A DNA stretch of 64,000 nt from an uncultured delta proteobacterium (GCA_963826785.1 CAWGYD010000003.1:320001-384000), one strand, 5' to 3'; positions 1 through 10,590 are shown, numbered from the stretch's first letter. Numbers and translations are program-made. Notes: generated from the letters alone by a model not told the origin.

Positions 1-129
1 GAGAACGAATCCCGATTGGGAGGATTTGTATCCCGCAATCATTTAGATGGATTCCGGCTAAAAGACTGCCGGAATGACATAAAGGATGATTACGGGGGGG
101 ATACTATGCGTTAAGTTAGCGCTTATGCC
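1..129 (+). mobile_element. Right arm of TIR element (copy A, truncated by window edge) carrying the 3' end of a GIY-YIG nuclease gene
   Basis: 48-129 is near-identical to the right arm of 6999-7248; ends TTAAGTTAGCGCTTATGCC followed by CCTTGAGG of a REP half. Confidence 0.8.
2..46 (+). CDS. C-terminal fragment of a small GIY-YIG nuclease family protein (partial)
   Basis: Frame 2 reads RTNPDWEDLYPAII*, resembling the NPxWxDLY C-terminus of small stand-alone GIY-YIG proteins; only 14 residues visible. Confidence 0.65.
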   Translation, partial: RTNPDWEDLYPAII

Positions 130-390
130 CCTTGAGGGGGGTCAGGGGGGTGTTCGCCCCCGGCCATTTCCAACCCGTCGGAACAATTTATTCCAAAACA
201 GAAAAGCCCATCGGCTTTTTTAACAGTGTCCATCCACGAATGAGATAATTTGTTCAAGTTCAAGGAAGGCGAAAATTTTAACCGCAGGAATACTCAAGGT
301 ATTTTGAGGATTAAAATTTGAGCCTGACGCAGAAATTGGGCAAATTAGCCATTTGTGGATGGACACTAACCAAGATGAAAGGAGAACGAC

Positions 391-900
391 ATGAGCAAGA
401 TCGCAGCCCTGGTAACCCACTATTTTGAAGATGTGGAATATACACAGCCCGCAAAGGCATTTACGGATGCGGGGCATGAAATCGTCAACGTGGGACTTAC
501 CGCCGGAGAGACGGTGGAGGGGAAAAAGGAGCACACCCCGGTCAAAATCGACAAGGCGGTTTCCGACGTGACCGCCTCCGATTTCGACGCGCTGTTCATT
601 CCCGGCGGCTTTTCCCCGGACCAGTTGCGGGCCCATGACGCACCGGTCAATTTCGTTTCGGCCTTCATGGATACCGGCAAGCCGGTGTTTGCCATCTGTC
701 ACGGCCCCCAGCTCCTGATTACGGCCAACAAGCTCAAGGGCCGCACCGCCACCGGATACAAGTCCATCGCCCAGGACATCAAGAATGCCGGGGCCAATTT
801 CAAGGACCAGGAAGTGGTCATCGACGATAAGCTGGTGACCAGCCGCAACCCCAATGACATTCCGGCGTTTATCAAGCAATCCTTGAACATGCTCTCCTGA
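391..900 (+). CDS. pfpI: PfpI/DJ-1 family (type 1 glutamine amidotransferase-like) protein
   Basis: FEDVE, FIPGG and AICHGP nucleophile motifs; RBS AGGAG upstream. Confidence 0.9.
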   Translation: MSKIAALVTHYFEDVEYTQPAKAFTDAGHEIVNVGLTAGETVEGKKEHTPVKIDKAVSDVTASDFDALFIPGGFSPDQLRAHDAPVNFVSAFMDTGKPVFAICHGPQLLITANKLKGRTATGYKSIAQDIKNAGANFKDQEVVIDDKLVTSRNPNDIPAFIKQSLNMLS

Positions 901-903
901 TCC

Positions 904-3553
904 ATGGGGATAGCCGAATACCGAAAGAAACGGGATTTTGAAAAAACCCCGGAACCCGAAGGAGAGATCCGTCCCCCGGGTTCCGGGCGGCTCTATGTGA
1001 TCCAGAAGCATGCCGCCACCCGCCTGCATTACGACCTGCGCCTGGAGCTCAACGGATATCTCAAAAGCTGGGCGGTTCCCAGGGGGCCCAGCTTCGACAC
1101 CCGGGAAAAGCGGCTGGCCGTCCACGTGGAGGACCATCCCGTGGCCTACGGCACCTTCGAAGGGATCATCCCCAGGGGCGAATACGGCGGCGGCACCGTG
1201 ATGCTCTGGGACCGGGGAGAATGGGAGCCCCAGCATGATGCCGAAAAGGACTATGAAAAGGGCCATCTCAAGTTCATCCTGTATGGGGAAAAGCTCAAGG
1301 GCCGCTGGGCGCTCATCCGGATGGGGGGCAGCGGCAACGAAGAGGGGAAAAACTGGCTGCTGATCAAGGAAAAGGATGAATTTGCCGCCGCCGGAAATGA
1401 CGGCGGTCTTTCTCCGGCAGAAGACGACCGAAGCGTGCTGACGGACCGTTCCATGGAGGAAATCCGGAAAGCCGGGGATGCGGTGTGGCAAAACGGAGCG
1501 GTCACGGCCGCCCCCGATGCGCAGGAAGCCAAAACCCCGTCCGAAAATCAGCCCCGCGCCTCCGGAATTGAACCGGACATCGATCCGGGCGGCCTCGCCC
1601 ATGCCGAAAAGTCCGATATGCCCACCGATCTTCGCCCCCAGCTGGCGACCCTGGTGGACCGGGTGCCGGAAGGGGGCCAGTGGGTGCACGAAATCAAGTA
1701 CGACGGCTACCGCCTCCTGGCATACAAGGACGGCGATGCCATACGGCTGCGCACCCGCCGGGGAAATGACTGGACCGACCGGTTTGCCAAGATCGCCGCC
1801 GATCTGGCGTCATTTCCCGCCGGCTCCGCCATTTTAGACGGCGAAGCCGTGGTCCAGCGGCCCGACGGCACCACCGATTTCCAGGCCCTGCAGAACCTGC
1901 TCCAGGGCATCGAATCGGGCCGGCTGATCTACTATCTCTTCGATATTCTCTACTGCGACGGATACGATCTCACCGCCGCCCCCCTTATCGCGCGCAAGAA
2001 CCTGCTGGCCCACCTGTCGGGAAAAGTCGACCCGCAAAAATCCTGCCTGCGCTACAGCGATCATGCCCGGGGGCAGGGCCAGTCCATCTATCGGCATGCC
2101 TGCGCCCTGGCCCTGGAAGGGATCATCTCCAAGCACGAAAACAGCACGTATCAGCAGAAACGCGTCCGCAGCTGGCTCAAGGTAAAATGCCAGCACCGGC
2201 AGGAGTTCGTCATCGGCGGGTACACCGATCCTTCCGGGTCCCGCACCGGGTTCGGGGCGCTTTTGCTGGGATACTATGATGAGGCCGACCGGCTGCGGTT
2301 CTGCGGCAAGGTGGGCACCGGGTTCAACGAACGGCAGCTTGACCGGCTCAAAACGGAAATGGAGCGCTATGACGGCGCCGGCGCCGCCCTTTGCGAACCC
2401 GCCGGCCGGCCGGGAGGCCAAAGGCGTGCACTGGGTGCAACCGGAACTGGTGGCCGAAATCGAATTTGCGGAATGGACCCGGGAGGATATTCTGCGGGCA
2501 CCGTCTTTCAAGGGGCTGAGGGAAGACAAATCCGCCCGGGAGGTCCGCCGGGAGACCGGGCTGGTAAAAGACGCGCCGGAAAAACAACCGGATTTAGATA
2601 AATCCCCAAAGGAGACCGTCATGGAAAGCAGCCCAGGACAGGCCGGCGGCGACCGGGTTTCCGGCGTGCGCCTGACCCATCCGGACCGGGTGCTCTACCC
2701 CGAGCAGGGGGTGACCAAGCTGGCCCTGGCCCGATATTACGAAAAAATAGCCGCATACATGATCCCGCACATCAAGGGCCGCCCCCTGACCCTGGTCCGC
2801 TGCCCCCGGGGAAGGGAAAAAGAATGCTTCTACCAGAAGCATTTCACCGAGGCCATGCCCGAACACCTCCGGGGAGTGGAAATCGCGGAAAAAAAAGGGG
2901 TCGACACCTATGTGGTGGCAGACGACGTCCGGGGGCTGATCAGCCTGGTCCAGATGGGGGTGCTGGAAATCCACCTGTGGAACTGCCGGGAAGACAAGAT
3001 CGAACGGCCGGATCTGATGATCATGGACCTGGACCCGGGACCGGATGTGACAATGGAGGCCGTCATCGAAGCCACCCTGATGATGCACGACCTGCTCGGT
3101 GAGATCGGGCTTCAAAGCTTTGTCAAGACCTCCGGCGGCAAGGGGTTTCACGTGGTGGTCCCCCTGGTGCGCCGGACCGGCTGGGATGAGCTCAAAGCAT
3201 TTTCCCGGGCCGTGGCCGAAACTCAGGTGAAGCGCCACCCGGACAAATTTGTGGCCACCATGACCAAAAGCCGGCGCCACGGCAAAATCTTCATCGATTT
3301 CTTCCGAAACGGCCGGGGGGCCACCAGCGTGGCCCCCTATTCCACCCGGGCCCGGCCCGGCGCGCCGGTGTCGGCCCCTTTGCGCTGGGATGAACTGACC
3401 GCAGACCTCAAACCCGATGCCTACCGGACCGACAACCTGATCCACCGGATGGCGGCCCTGACGGAAGACCCCTGGAACGATTTTTTTGCCCCCTCCCAGT
3501 CGATCACCCGGAAAATGAAGCAGGCGGTGGGGATGAAAGATGTCCGGAGCTGA
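904..3553 (+). CDS. ligD: DNA ligase D (phosphoesterase-ligase-polymerase), +1 frameshift near 2368
   Basis: QKHAATRLHYDLRLE (PE), EIKYDGYR and EGIISK (ligase), DLDPG and KTSGGKGFH (polymerase); split across ORFs 904..2601 and 2276..3553. Confidence 0.92.
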
Positions 3554-3606
3554 AGGGGACAGGTTATCGTGCACGTGTATGTTTACGTACGGCCATCGCC
3601 GGTACG

Positions 3607-3937
3607 ACACCCCCCTGGCCCCCCTCGAGGGGGGAATCTTTTTATTTAAGGGAGGACCCTGTTGGCTCCGGGGGAGCCCGCTTTACTTCCAGGGAACTTA
3701 ACTCGGTAAAGCGTTTTTCACCCGTTTAGCTTTTGATTTCACACCGGTCCGACACCCCCCTGCCCCCCTCGAGGGGGGAATCTTATTTGACCGTTACTCC
3801 AAGGGCCCCTTTACTCCCCCTTGAGGGAGGTATCACTCTTTACTTCCCCCCTTGAGGGGGGAATTTGACCAAGGCCTAATCCCCCCTTGAGGGGGTCTCC
3901 TCTTTCTTCCCCCCTTGAGGGGGGCCAGGGGGGTGTC
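3607..3937. repeat. REP-like hairpin cluster (inverted doublet with internal degenerate copies)
   Basis: Forward copies at 3607 and 3752, reverse copy at 3908-3937. Confidence 0.85.
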
Positions 3938-4057
3938 CCGACGGAGGCCTTACGATTCAAAAGCTCCTTGCTGCAAAAACACCGCGCAGCGGGGTGCGAC
4001 GCCTTTTACAAATCCATCAGGACTTACCGGCCGACAATCTGGCAGGAGAATTGAACC

Positions 4058-5107
4058 ATGCCCGACACATCGGAAAATTACATGGATTTTGCCCGCAAAG
4101 TGCTGATCGCCGCAGGCATCCTGGTGCTGGTGGGGTTTGCGGTCATTTTTTTCTGGTTTACCATCCAGATCATTCTTCTGCTGTTCGGCGGCATTCTTCT
4201 GGCCATCTTCATCCGGGGGATCAGCAACTGGATCACCCGCAAGACCTCCCTTCCCGTCAAAGCGTCCGTCAGCCTGGTGCTGATCGTGATCACGCTGATG
4301 ATGCTCATTTTCACCACCCTTTTCGGCATGCGCATCTACAACGAAGGGCTTCGGCTGGTCCACCAGGTGCCCGGCTCCATGGACCGGCTGGAAAGCATGC
4401 TCCGGGAAAACCAGGCCGGCCGGATCATCCTGGATGAAATCCCCGATTACCGCAATTTTCTCCGCCCCGTGTGGAACAAGGTTTCCAATTTCTTTTTCAC
4501 CATGAGCGGGTTTCTGTTCAGCATGGTCTTCATCGCGTTTCTGGGGATATATTTGGCCTTTGATCCGGGCCTGTACGTGGAAGGGGCGCTCCGGCTGATT
4601 CCGGCGCGCCGGCGGGACCACATCCGCGAGGTGCTGCAGACCGTCGGCTACATTCTCCACTGGTGGCTGGTGGGGCGCCTCTTCACCATGGCGGTGGTCG
4701 GCGGGCTGACCATCATCGGCCTGTTCATCATCGGCATTCCCCTTGCCCTCACCCTGGGGGTGTTCGCCGGGATCATCTCCTTTGTCCCCTACATCGGACC
4801 GCTGGTTTCATTTGTCCCGCCGGCCCTGCTGGCGCTGTCCATGGGATGGAACCAGGTCCTCTATGTGCTCATCGTCTACACGGTGATTCAGACCCTTGAA
4901 AGCTACATCCTCACCCCCCTGATCATCCAGCGCACCGTCCTGGTCCCGCCCCTGATCACGCTCACCGCCCAGGTGGTATTCGGCATGGCCGCCGGCATCG
5001 TGGGCATCGTGTTTGCCCTGCCGGTCATGGCCGCGCTCATCGTAATGGTCAAATACTTCTACATCCAGGATTTTCTGGGAGAAGAAATCGACGCGGAGGG
5101 GACGTAG
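4058..5107 (+). CDS. AI-2E family transporter
   Basis: Multi-TM protein with SFVPYIGP and QTLESYILTP family motifs. Confidence 0.88.
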   Translation: MPDTSENYMDFARKVLIAAGILVLVGFAVIFFWFTIQIILLLFGGILLAIFIRGISNWITRKTSLPVKASVSLVLIVITLMMLIFTTLFGMRIYNEGLRLVHQVPGSMDRLESMLRENQAGRIILDEIPDYRNFLRPVWNKVSNFFFTMSGFLFSMVFIAFLGIYLAFDPGLYVEGALRLIPARRRDHIREVLQTVGYILHWWLVGRLFTMAVVGGLTIIGLFIIGIPLALTLGVFAGIISFVPYIGPLVSFVPPALLALSMGWNQVLYVLIVYTVIQTLESYILTPLIIQRTVLVPPLITLTAQVVFGMAAGIVGIVFALPVMAALIVMVKYFYIQDFLGEEIDAEGT

Positions 5108-5123
5108 GCGGGGAGGACGCCCG

Positions 5124-5274
5124 ACACCCCCCTTCGCCCCCCTCAAGGGGGGATTTGGTTAAGGTAAAGGCCCCCTTTTTGTTCAATTCCCCCTTGAGGC
5201 CCCCTTTTTTTCAATTCCCCCTTGAGGCCCCCTTTTTTTCAATTCCCCCCTTGAGGGGGGCGAAGGGGGGTGTC
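5124..5274. repeat. REP-like inverted doublet with three ~28-bp tandem units
   Basis: Forward copy at 5124, reverse at 5242-5274; GCCCCCTTTTTnTTCAATTCCCCCTTGAG repeated. Confidence 0.85.
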
Positions 5275-5433
5275 CCCCCATCCGGTATTCGATCCCCCCC
5301 GAAATACAGCTTGGATATCCGCCAAATAAACGATTCATCCCATTTCCGCACACCCGGCCCCGGGTTAAGCTTTTTTAAATTTCCGATACTTAAAATAAAA
5401 CTGAATTTTTTGCATATACAGGAGGATATTCAT

Positions 5434-6648
5434 ATGAAAGCGGTCGTATTCCGAGGGATCGGTGACATCCGGCTGGAAGATGTGGAAGAACCCCAGATCA
5501 AGGAACCCACGGATGCCGTGGTGCGGCTTACCGCCAGCGCCATCTGCGGAACGGACCTGCACATGGTGCGGGGCACCATGACCGGGATGGTGCCGGGCAC
5601 CATTTTAGGCCATGAAGGCGTGGGCATCGTGGAAAAAGTGGGATCCCAGGTGCGCAACATCAGGGAGGGCGACCGGGTGGTGATTCCCTCCACCATCGCC
5701 TGCGGATACTGCTCCTATTGCCGCTCCGGCTATTACGCCCAGTGCGACAACGCCAATCCAAACGGCAAGCGGGCCGGCACCGCCTTTTTCGGCGGCCCCA
5801 AGTCCACAGGCCCTTTTCACGGCCTCCAGGCGGAAAAGGCGCGCATCCCCTTTGCCAACGTGGGGCTGGTGAAGCTTCCCGACGAAGTCACCGATGATCA
5901 GGCGATTTTGATTTCCGATATTTTCCCCACCGGCTATTTCGGCGCGGACATCGCGGACATCTCGTCGGGCGACACCGTGGCCGTGTTCGGGTGCGGCCCC
6001 GTGGGGCTGTTTGCCATCGCCAGCGCCAGGATGTTCGACCCGGGGCGCATCCTGGCGGTGGACCGGCACCCCACCCGACTGGAGGCAGCGCAGAGGCTGG
6101 GGGCGGAAATCATCAATTTCAATGAAGAAGACCCCGTCCAGACCATCCTTGAACTCACCGGCGGCATCGGCGTGGACCGGGTCATCGATGCGGTGGGCAT
6201 CGAGGCGGAAAGCCCCGAAAGCGGCCCGGCGGCCGAAAAAGCCCGGCAGAAGCAGGAGGCATACCGCCAGGAAATGAAAGAAGTGGCGCCGGAAACCCAT
6301 CCGGAAGGGGGTGCCTGGAAACCGGGAGGCGCGCCCACCCAGGCCCTTTCCTGGGAGATCGAGAGCGTGGCCAAGGCCGGGACCGTCTCGGTGATCGGGG
6401 TCTACCCGCCCACCCTGAAGCATTTCCCCTTCGGCCAGGCCATGATGAAGAACCTGACCTTCAACATGGGCAACTGCAACCATCGCAGATACATCCCCCA
6501 GCTGGTGGAGCTCACCGCCGGCGGCGCCGTCGACCCGGCAGGGATCCTCACCCAGGTGGAACCCATGTCATCGATCATCGAGGCCTACATGACGTTTGAC
6601 AAGCGCGAACCCAACTGGATCAAGGTGGAAATCGTACCCGGAATGTAA
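5434..6648 (+). CDS. Zinc-dependent alcohol dehydrogenase (glutathione-independent formaldehyde dehydrogenase-like)
   Basis: ICGTDLH, GHEGVG, CGYCSYC...C, GCGPVG; RBS GGAGG before ATG 5434. Confidence 0.9.
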   Translation: MKAVVFRGIGDIRLEDVEEPQIKEPTDAVVRLTASAICGTDLHMVRGTMTGMVPGTILGHEGVGIVEKVGSQVRNIREGDRVVIPSTIACGYCSYCRSGYYAQCDNANPNGKRAGTAFFGGPKSTGPFHGLQAEKARIPFANVGLVKLPDEVTDDQAILISDIFPTGYFGADIADISSGDTVAVFGCGPVGLFAIASARMFDPGRILAVDRHPTRLEAAQRLGAEIINFNEEDPVQTILELTGGIGVDRVIDAVGIEAESPESGPAAEKARQKQEAYRQEMKEVAPETHPEGGAWKPGGAPTQALSWEIESVAKAGTVSVIGVYPPTLKHFPFGQAMMKNLTFNMGNCNHRRYIPQLVELTAGGAVDPAGILTQVEPMSSIIEAYMTFDKREPNWIKVEIVPGM

Positions 6649-6692
6649 TCTCCCGTCGGCCCGCGAAGGGGGGAACCGAACGCCCAAGGGGA

Positions 6693-6746
6693 TATTGGAA
6701 TGATGGAATGATGGGATGATGGGATGATGGGATGGGGGGATGGGGG
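6693..6746. repeat. Short tandem repeat (TGATGGRA)n
   Basis: TGGAATGATGGAATGATGGGATGATGGGATGATGGGATG; same unit as 28826-28980. Confidence 0.75.
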
Positions 6747-6998
6747 CCGGTTCCGGGAGGAATTCAACCGCCTGTGCGGGCAGCTGGGGGTATGAGAACC
6801 GTCGTGAATAACACCCCGAAGAACACCCCCCCTGCCCCCCCTCAAGGGGGGAATTTGGGAGGGGGTCCTCGGGGGGGGGATTTGGTATGGTTAAGGCCCC
6901 CTGTGTTCGGCTTGCACAAGGGGACCCTCCCTCAGACGGTGAATGAAAGGGCCGGCCCCCGATATTCATCCCCCCCCAACACTAATCCCCCCTTGAGG

Positions 6999-7248
6999 GG
7001 CATAGGCGCTAACTTAATGACCGATGCAATATCTTCTAATTTGTCGTTCCTCTTAAGAGCGTCATTCCGGCAGTCTTTAAGCCGGAATCCAGGAAGACGA
7101 AATGAACAGGCAACCAGCGGTATACATTCTTGCAAATAAAAGAAACGGCCCCCTTTGCTATTCATTGGATTCCGGCTAAAAGACTGCCGGAATGACATAA
7201 AGGATGATTACGAGGGGGATACTATGCGTTAAGTTCAGCGCTTATGCC
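6999..7248 (+). mobile_element. ~250-bp MITE (copy B) with GIY-YIG 5' remnant, inserted in REP hairpin centre
   Basis: TIRs GGCATAGGCGCTAACTTAA / TTAAGTTCAGCGCTTATGCC; flanked by (C)CTTGAGG on both sides; internal inverted GTCATTCCGG palindromes; mini-ORF 7102-7179 MNRQPAVYILANKRNGPL... Confidence 0.85.
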
Positions 7249-7361
7249 CTTGAGGGGGGCCAGGGGGGTGTTCCCCTCGAGGGAGGCCAGAGGACTGTTC
7301 CCCTCGATGGGCCAGGGGGGATGTCAAAAATCAACTCCAAACGCAAACGGGGAGAACAAAC

Positions 7362-8900
7362 ATGGAAACGCCATACAGATTCGACCGCTCGGTGCTGCCG
7401 GGCAAGCCAGAAGCCCTGTGGATCGGCACTACTCCGCGATCCGGGTATCCGCCCCAGCCTGCCGGGGAAACCGTCGTGGACGTGGCCGTGGTGGGCGGCG
7501 GCATCGTGGGGCTGACCGCGGCCTTTTTGCTGAAGCAGTCCGGCGCCACCGTGGCCCTGATCGAAGCCAACCGGATCGGAGAAGGGGTCAGCGGCCATAC
7601 CACCGCCAAGGTGACGTCGGCCCACGGCCTGATCTACAAGCACCTCATGGACTATTTCAACGCGGAAAAGGCGCGCCAGTACGCGGACGCCAACCAGGCC
7701 GCCATCGAATTCATCTCCGAATTCATCTCCGAAAACCAGCTGTCCTGCGATTTCAACCGCACCTTTGCCTGCACCTATGCGGTGGACGATGCGGACGTAA
7801 AGCACATCGAGGCGGAGGTTTCCGCGGCCGGTGAACTGGGCCTGCCGGTGTTCTACTCGGATGACCTGCCGCTCCCGTTTCCGGTCAAGGGCGCCATCTG
7901 CTACGAGAACCAGGCCTGTTTTCATCCCCGCAAATACCTGCTGGCCATGACCGAGCAGATCGCAGGAGAAAAAAGCTTCCTTTTTGAAAAGACCCGGGTG
8001 ATCGACATCGAGGAGGGCAGTCCCTGCAGGGTGACCACCGATATGGGGACGGTGCTGGCCGACCGGGTGATCTGCGCCACCAACTTTCCCATCCTCAACC
8101 GGGGCCTGTTTTTCGCCAAGATGGTGCCCCGGCGCTCCTATCTGATGGCGGTCAAAGCCGTGGGGGAGCTGCCCGAGGGCATGTACTACAGCACGGAAAC
8201 GCCGTTTCACACGTTTCGGCGCCACACCAGTGACGACGGTGAAACCGTGCTCATCGTGGGGGGCGAACACCACGAAACCGGCCATGAAAGCAACACCATC
8301 GAGCGGTACCGGCAGGTGGAGGCCTTTGCCCGCAGGCACTTCAACATCGCATCGGTCCTGTACCGGTGGTCGGCCCAGGACAACCGGCCCGTGGACCGGG
8401 TCCCCTTCATCGGCCGGCATTCCCTTCGGTCCCACCGGCTCTTCGTGGCCACGGGGCTCCAGGGATGGGGGATGACCAACGGCACGGCCGCGGCCATGAT
8501 CCTGTCCGACATGCTGGCGGGGCGGGCCAATCCCTGGAGCGCGGTATACGACCCCAACCGCATCGCCTCCTTCGTCTCCCGCAAATTCATCTCCAGAAAC
8601 ATCCATGTGGCCAAGATGTTCATGCAGGATTACGTGCTGGGCGACAAGGGCAAGACCCTGTCCGACATCGCCCGGGGCGAGGGGGGGATCATCGACCACG
8701 AGGGAAAGGAAGTGGCCGCCTACAAGGACGGGGACGGAAAGATGCACATGCTCTCCCCGGTCTGCACCCACATGATGTGCAAGGTCAAGTTCAACAACGC
8801 CGAGCTGAGCTGGGACTGCCCCTGCCACGGCTCCCGGTTCGACGTGAATGGAAAGGTCATCCACGCCCCGGCGGTAAAAGACCTGGACCGGGAGATATGA
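7362..8900 (+). CDS. FAD-dependent oxidoreductase with C-terminal Rieske 2Fe-2S domain (YhfW-like)
   Basis: VVGGGIVG FAD motif, GHTTAK, Rieske motifs CTHMMC and WDCPCHGS. Confidence 0.9.
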   Translation: METPYRFDRSVLPGKPEALWIGTTPRSGYPPQPAGETVVDVAVVGGGIVGLTAAFLLKQSGATVALIEANRIGEGVSGHTTAKVTSAHGLIYKHLMDYFNAEKARQYADANQAAIEFISEFISENQLSCDFNRTFACTYAVDDADVKHIEAEVSAAGELGLPVFYSDDLPLPFPVKGAICYENQACFHPRKYLLAMTEQIAGEKSFLFEKTRVIDIEEGSPCRVTTDMGTVLADRVICATNFPILNRGLFFAKMVPRRSYLMAVKAVGELPEGMYYSTETPFHTFRRHTSDDGETVLIVGGEHHETGHESNTIERYRQVEAFARRHFNIASVLYRWSAQDNRPVDRVPFIGRHSLRSHRLFVATGLQGWGMTNGTAAAMILSDMLAGRANPWSAVYDPNRIASFVSRKFISRNIHVAKMFMQDYVLGDKGKTLSDIARGEGGIIDHEGKEVAAYKDGDGKMHMLSPVCTHMMCKVKFNNAELSWDCPCHGSRFDVNGKVIHAPAVKDLDREI

Positions 8901-8923
8901 ATTGGAGCGGAGGTGGAGAAATC

Positions 8924-10087
8924 ATGAAAAAAACAGATTGGATGTATTACCTGCTGCTGATGATCTCGGCTGCGATTCTCTTCGGGCACGGCGTGGCCGC
9001 AGGGGCCGACGGGAACAACGGGTGCACGGCCGTGGACAATACCCCCGGGCATACGGGTCTTCAGACCGTGGCCCGGTTCGACGACCGGCTGGTGACCGGG
9101 GTGACCGTTTCCGAGGCCGGCCGGATATTCGTCAACTTCCCCTACTGGTATCCGGAGTGGTACCAGGGGGCCGTGGCCGAGGTGAATCCGGACGGCTCCG
9201 TGACCGCCTATCCCGACGACCAGTGGAATGCCTGGCGCCTGGAAAACCGGCTGGATCCGGTCAACCATTTCGTGTGCGTCCAGTCGGTGGTGGCCGATAA
9301 ACGCGGAAGCCTGTGGGTGCTCGATCCCGGGGCGCCCTGGCCTTCCGGGCACATCGAAGACGCCCCCAAACTGGTCAGGATCGATCTTGAAACCAACCAG
9401 GTGGCCAAAATCTTCAAGTTTCCTTCCGAGATCACCCCCGAAGGCTCCTATTTAAACGACGTCCGCATCGATCTGGATCATGGATATGCCTACATGACCG
9501 ACTCGGGAAAAGGGGCGCTGGTGGTGCTCGATCTGAAAACCGCACAGGCCCGCCGGGTGCTCGAAGGCCACCCGTCCACCACGGCCCAGCCCGTCACCCT
9601 GCTGATCGGGGGCCGGCCGCTGGCCGGCGGAAACGGAAAGACCCCGAAGATCAACAGCGACGGCATCGCCTATGATCCCGGGGCCGACATGCTCTATTAC
9701 CACTGCCTGACCGGATACCACACCTGGCGCGTCCCCGCAGACGTCCTCCGGACGGGCACCCCCGAACAGGTTGCATCGGCGGTCAAAGACCTGGGGTCGG
9801 ATGTGGTCACCGACGGCATGCACCTGGATGCCGAAGGCAGGCTCTACTACACCGCCCTGGAGTATGACGGCATTCTCCGGCGGGACACGGAAGGAAACAT
9901 CGCGCCGCTGATCATCGACTCCCGCCTGAAATGGCCCGACACCCTGGCCATCGGGCCGGACGGGGACCTCTATGTGACCATCTCCCAGATCCACAATACC
10001 CCGCGGTTTAGTGATCAGCCGGGCGTTCCCGGCCCCTGGGCACTCTACCGCATCAAGGCCGGCATCGGCTGGCCGGGGAAGGAGTAA
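8924..10087 (+). CDS. Secreted major royal jelly protein / Yellow family beta-propeller protein
   Basis: Signal peptide; RIFVNFP, LWVLDPG, YLNDVRID, AYMTDSG, LKWPD motifs; RBS GGAG. Confidence 0.85.
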   Translation: MKKTDWMYYLLLMISAAILFGHGVAAGADGNNGCTAVDNTPGHTGLQTVARFDDRLVTGVTVSEAGRIFVNFPYWYPEWYQGAVAEVNPDGSVTAYPDDQWNAWRLENRLDPVNHFVCVQSVVADKRGSLWVLDPGAPWPSGHIEDAPKLVRIDLETNQVAKIFKFPSEITPEGSYLNDVRIDLDHGYAYMTDSGKGALVVLDLKTAQARRVLEGHPSTTAQPVTLLIGGRPLAGGNGKTPKINSDGIAYDPGADMLYYHCLTGYHTWRVPADVLRTGTPEQVASAVKDLGSDVVTDGMHLDAEGRLYYTALEYDGILRRDTEGNIAPLIIDSRLKWPDTLAIGPDGDLYVTISQIHNTPRFSDQPGVPGPWALYRIKAGIGWPGKE

Positions 10088-10169
10088 AGTCCTAATTATT
10101 GATGAATTCTAAAAAGGCAGAGTCAAAAACTTAAATTATTGATTATAATTGATCATAGGGAATAGGCGC

Positions 10170-10590
10170 TACACCCCCCCTGCCCCCCCTCAAGGGGGGA
10201 ATTTAAAGGATGTCGCCCCTCGGGGGGGGGAATTAAAGGGATGTGTTCCCTCGAGGGGGGGAATACGTAACACATGGCATCAGGAAACGGCAAAGTACAT
10301 GAGGGGATCGATAAATTAGAAGATATCGTCCCGGCCATCAGGTCTATCAGAATGGCTGACTCCCCCCGTTAAAGCACCCCACCCAATTCCCCCCCTTTAA
10401 AACACCCACCCAATTCCCCCCTTTAATATACCCCACTAATTCCCCCCTTGAGGGGGGCGAAGGGGGGTGTTCCGCTTGAGAAGGGCGAAGGGGGGTGTTC
10501 CTCCTGAGCGGAGCCAGAAGGGTGTTCCCCTCGGAAGCCGGGGGGGTGTTCCTCCTGAGCGGGGCCAGAGGGGTGTCCCCCTCGAGGAGG
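10170..10590. repeat. REP-like doublet with tandem degenerate hairpins
   Basis: Forward copy at 10170, reverse at 10439-10471; ~27-bp units 10371-10450 and GGGGTGTTCC units to 10590. Confidence 0.8.

Noticed and set aside
220..1689. Long antisense ORFs (also 7242-8864, 13345-14523, 19793-21493, 53350-54744)
   Set aside because: Shadows of well-supported genes on the opposite strand, as expected at high GC.
2355..2385. Programmed ribosomal frameshift in ligD
   Set aside because: No slippery heptamer seen; it is one of nine similar indels better explained by sequencing error.
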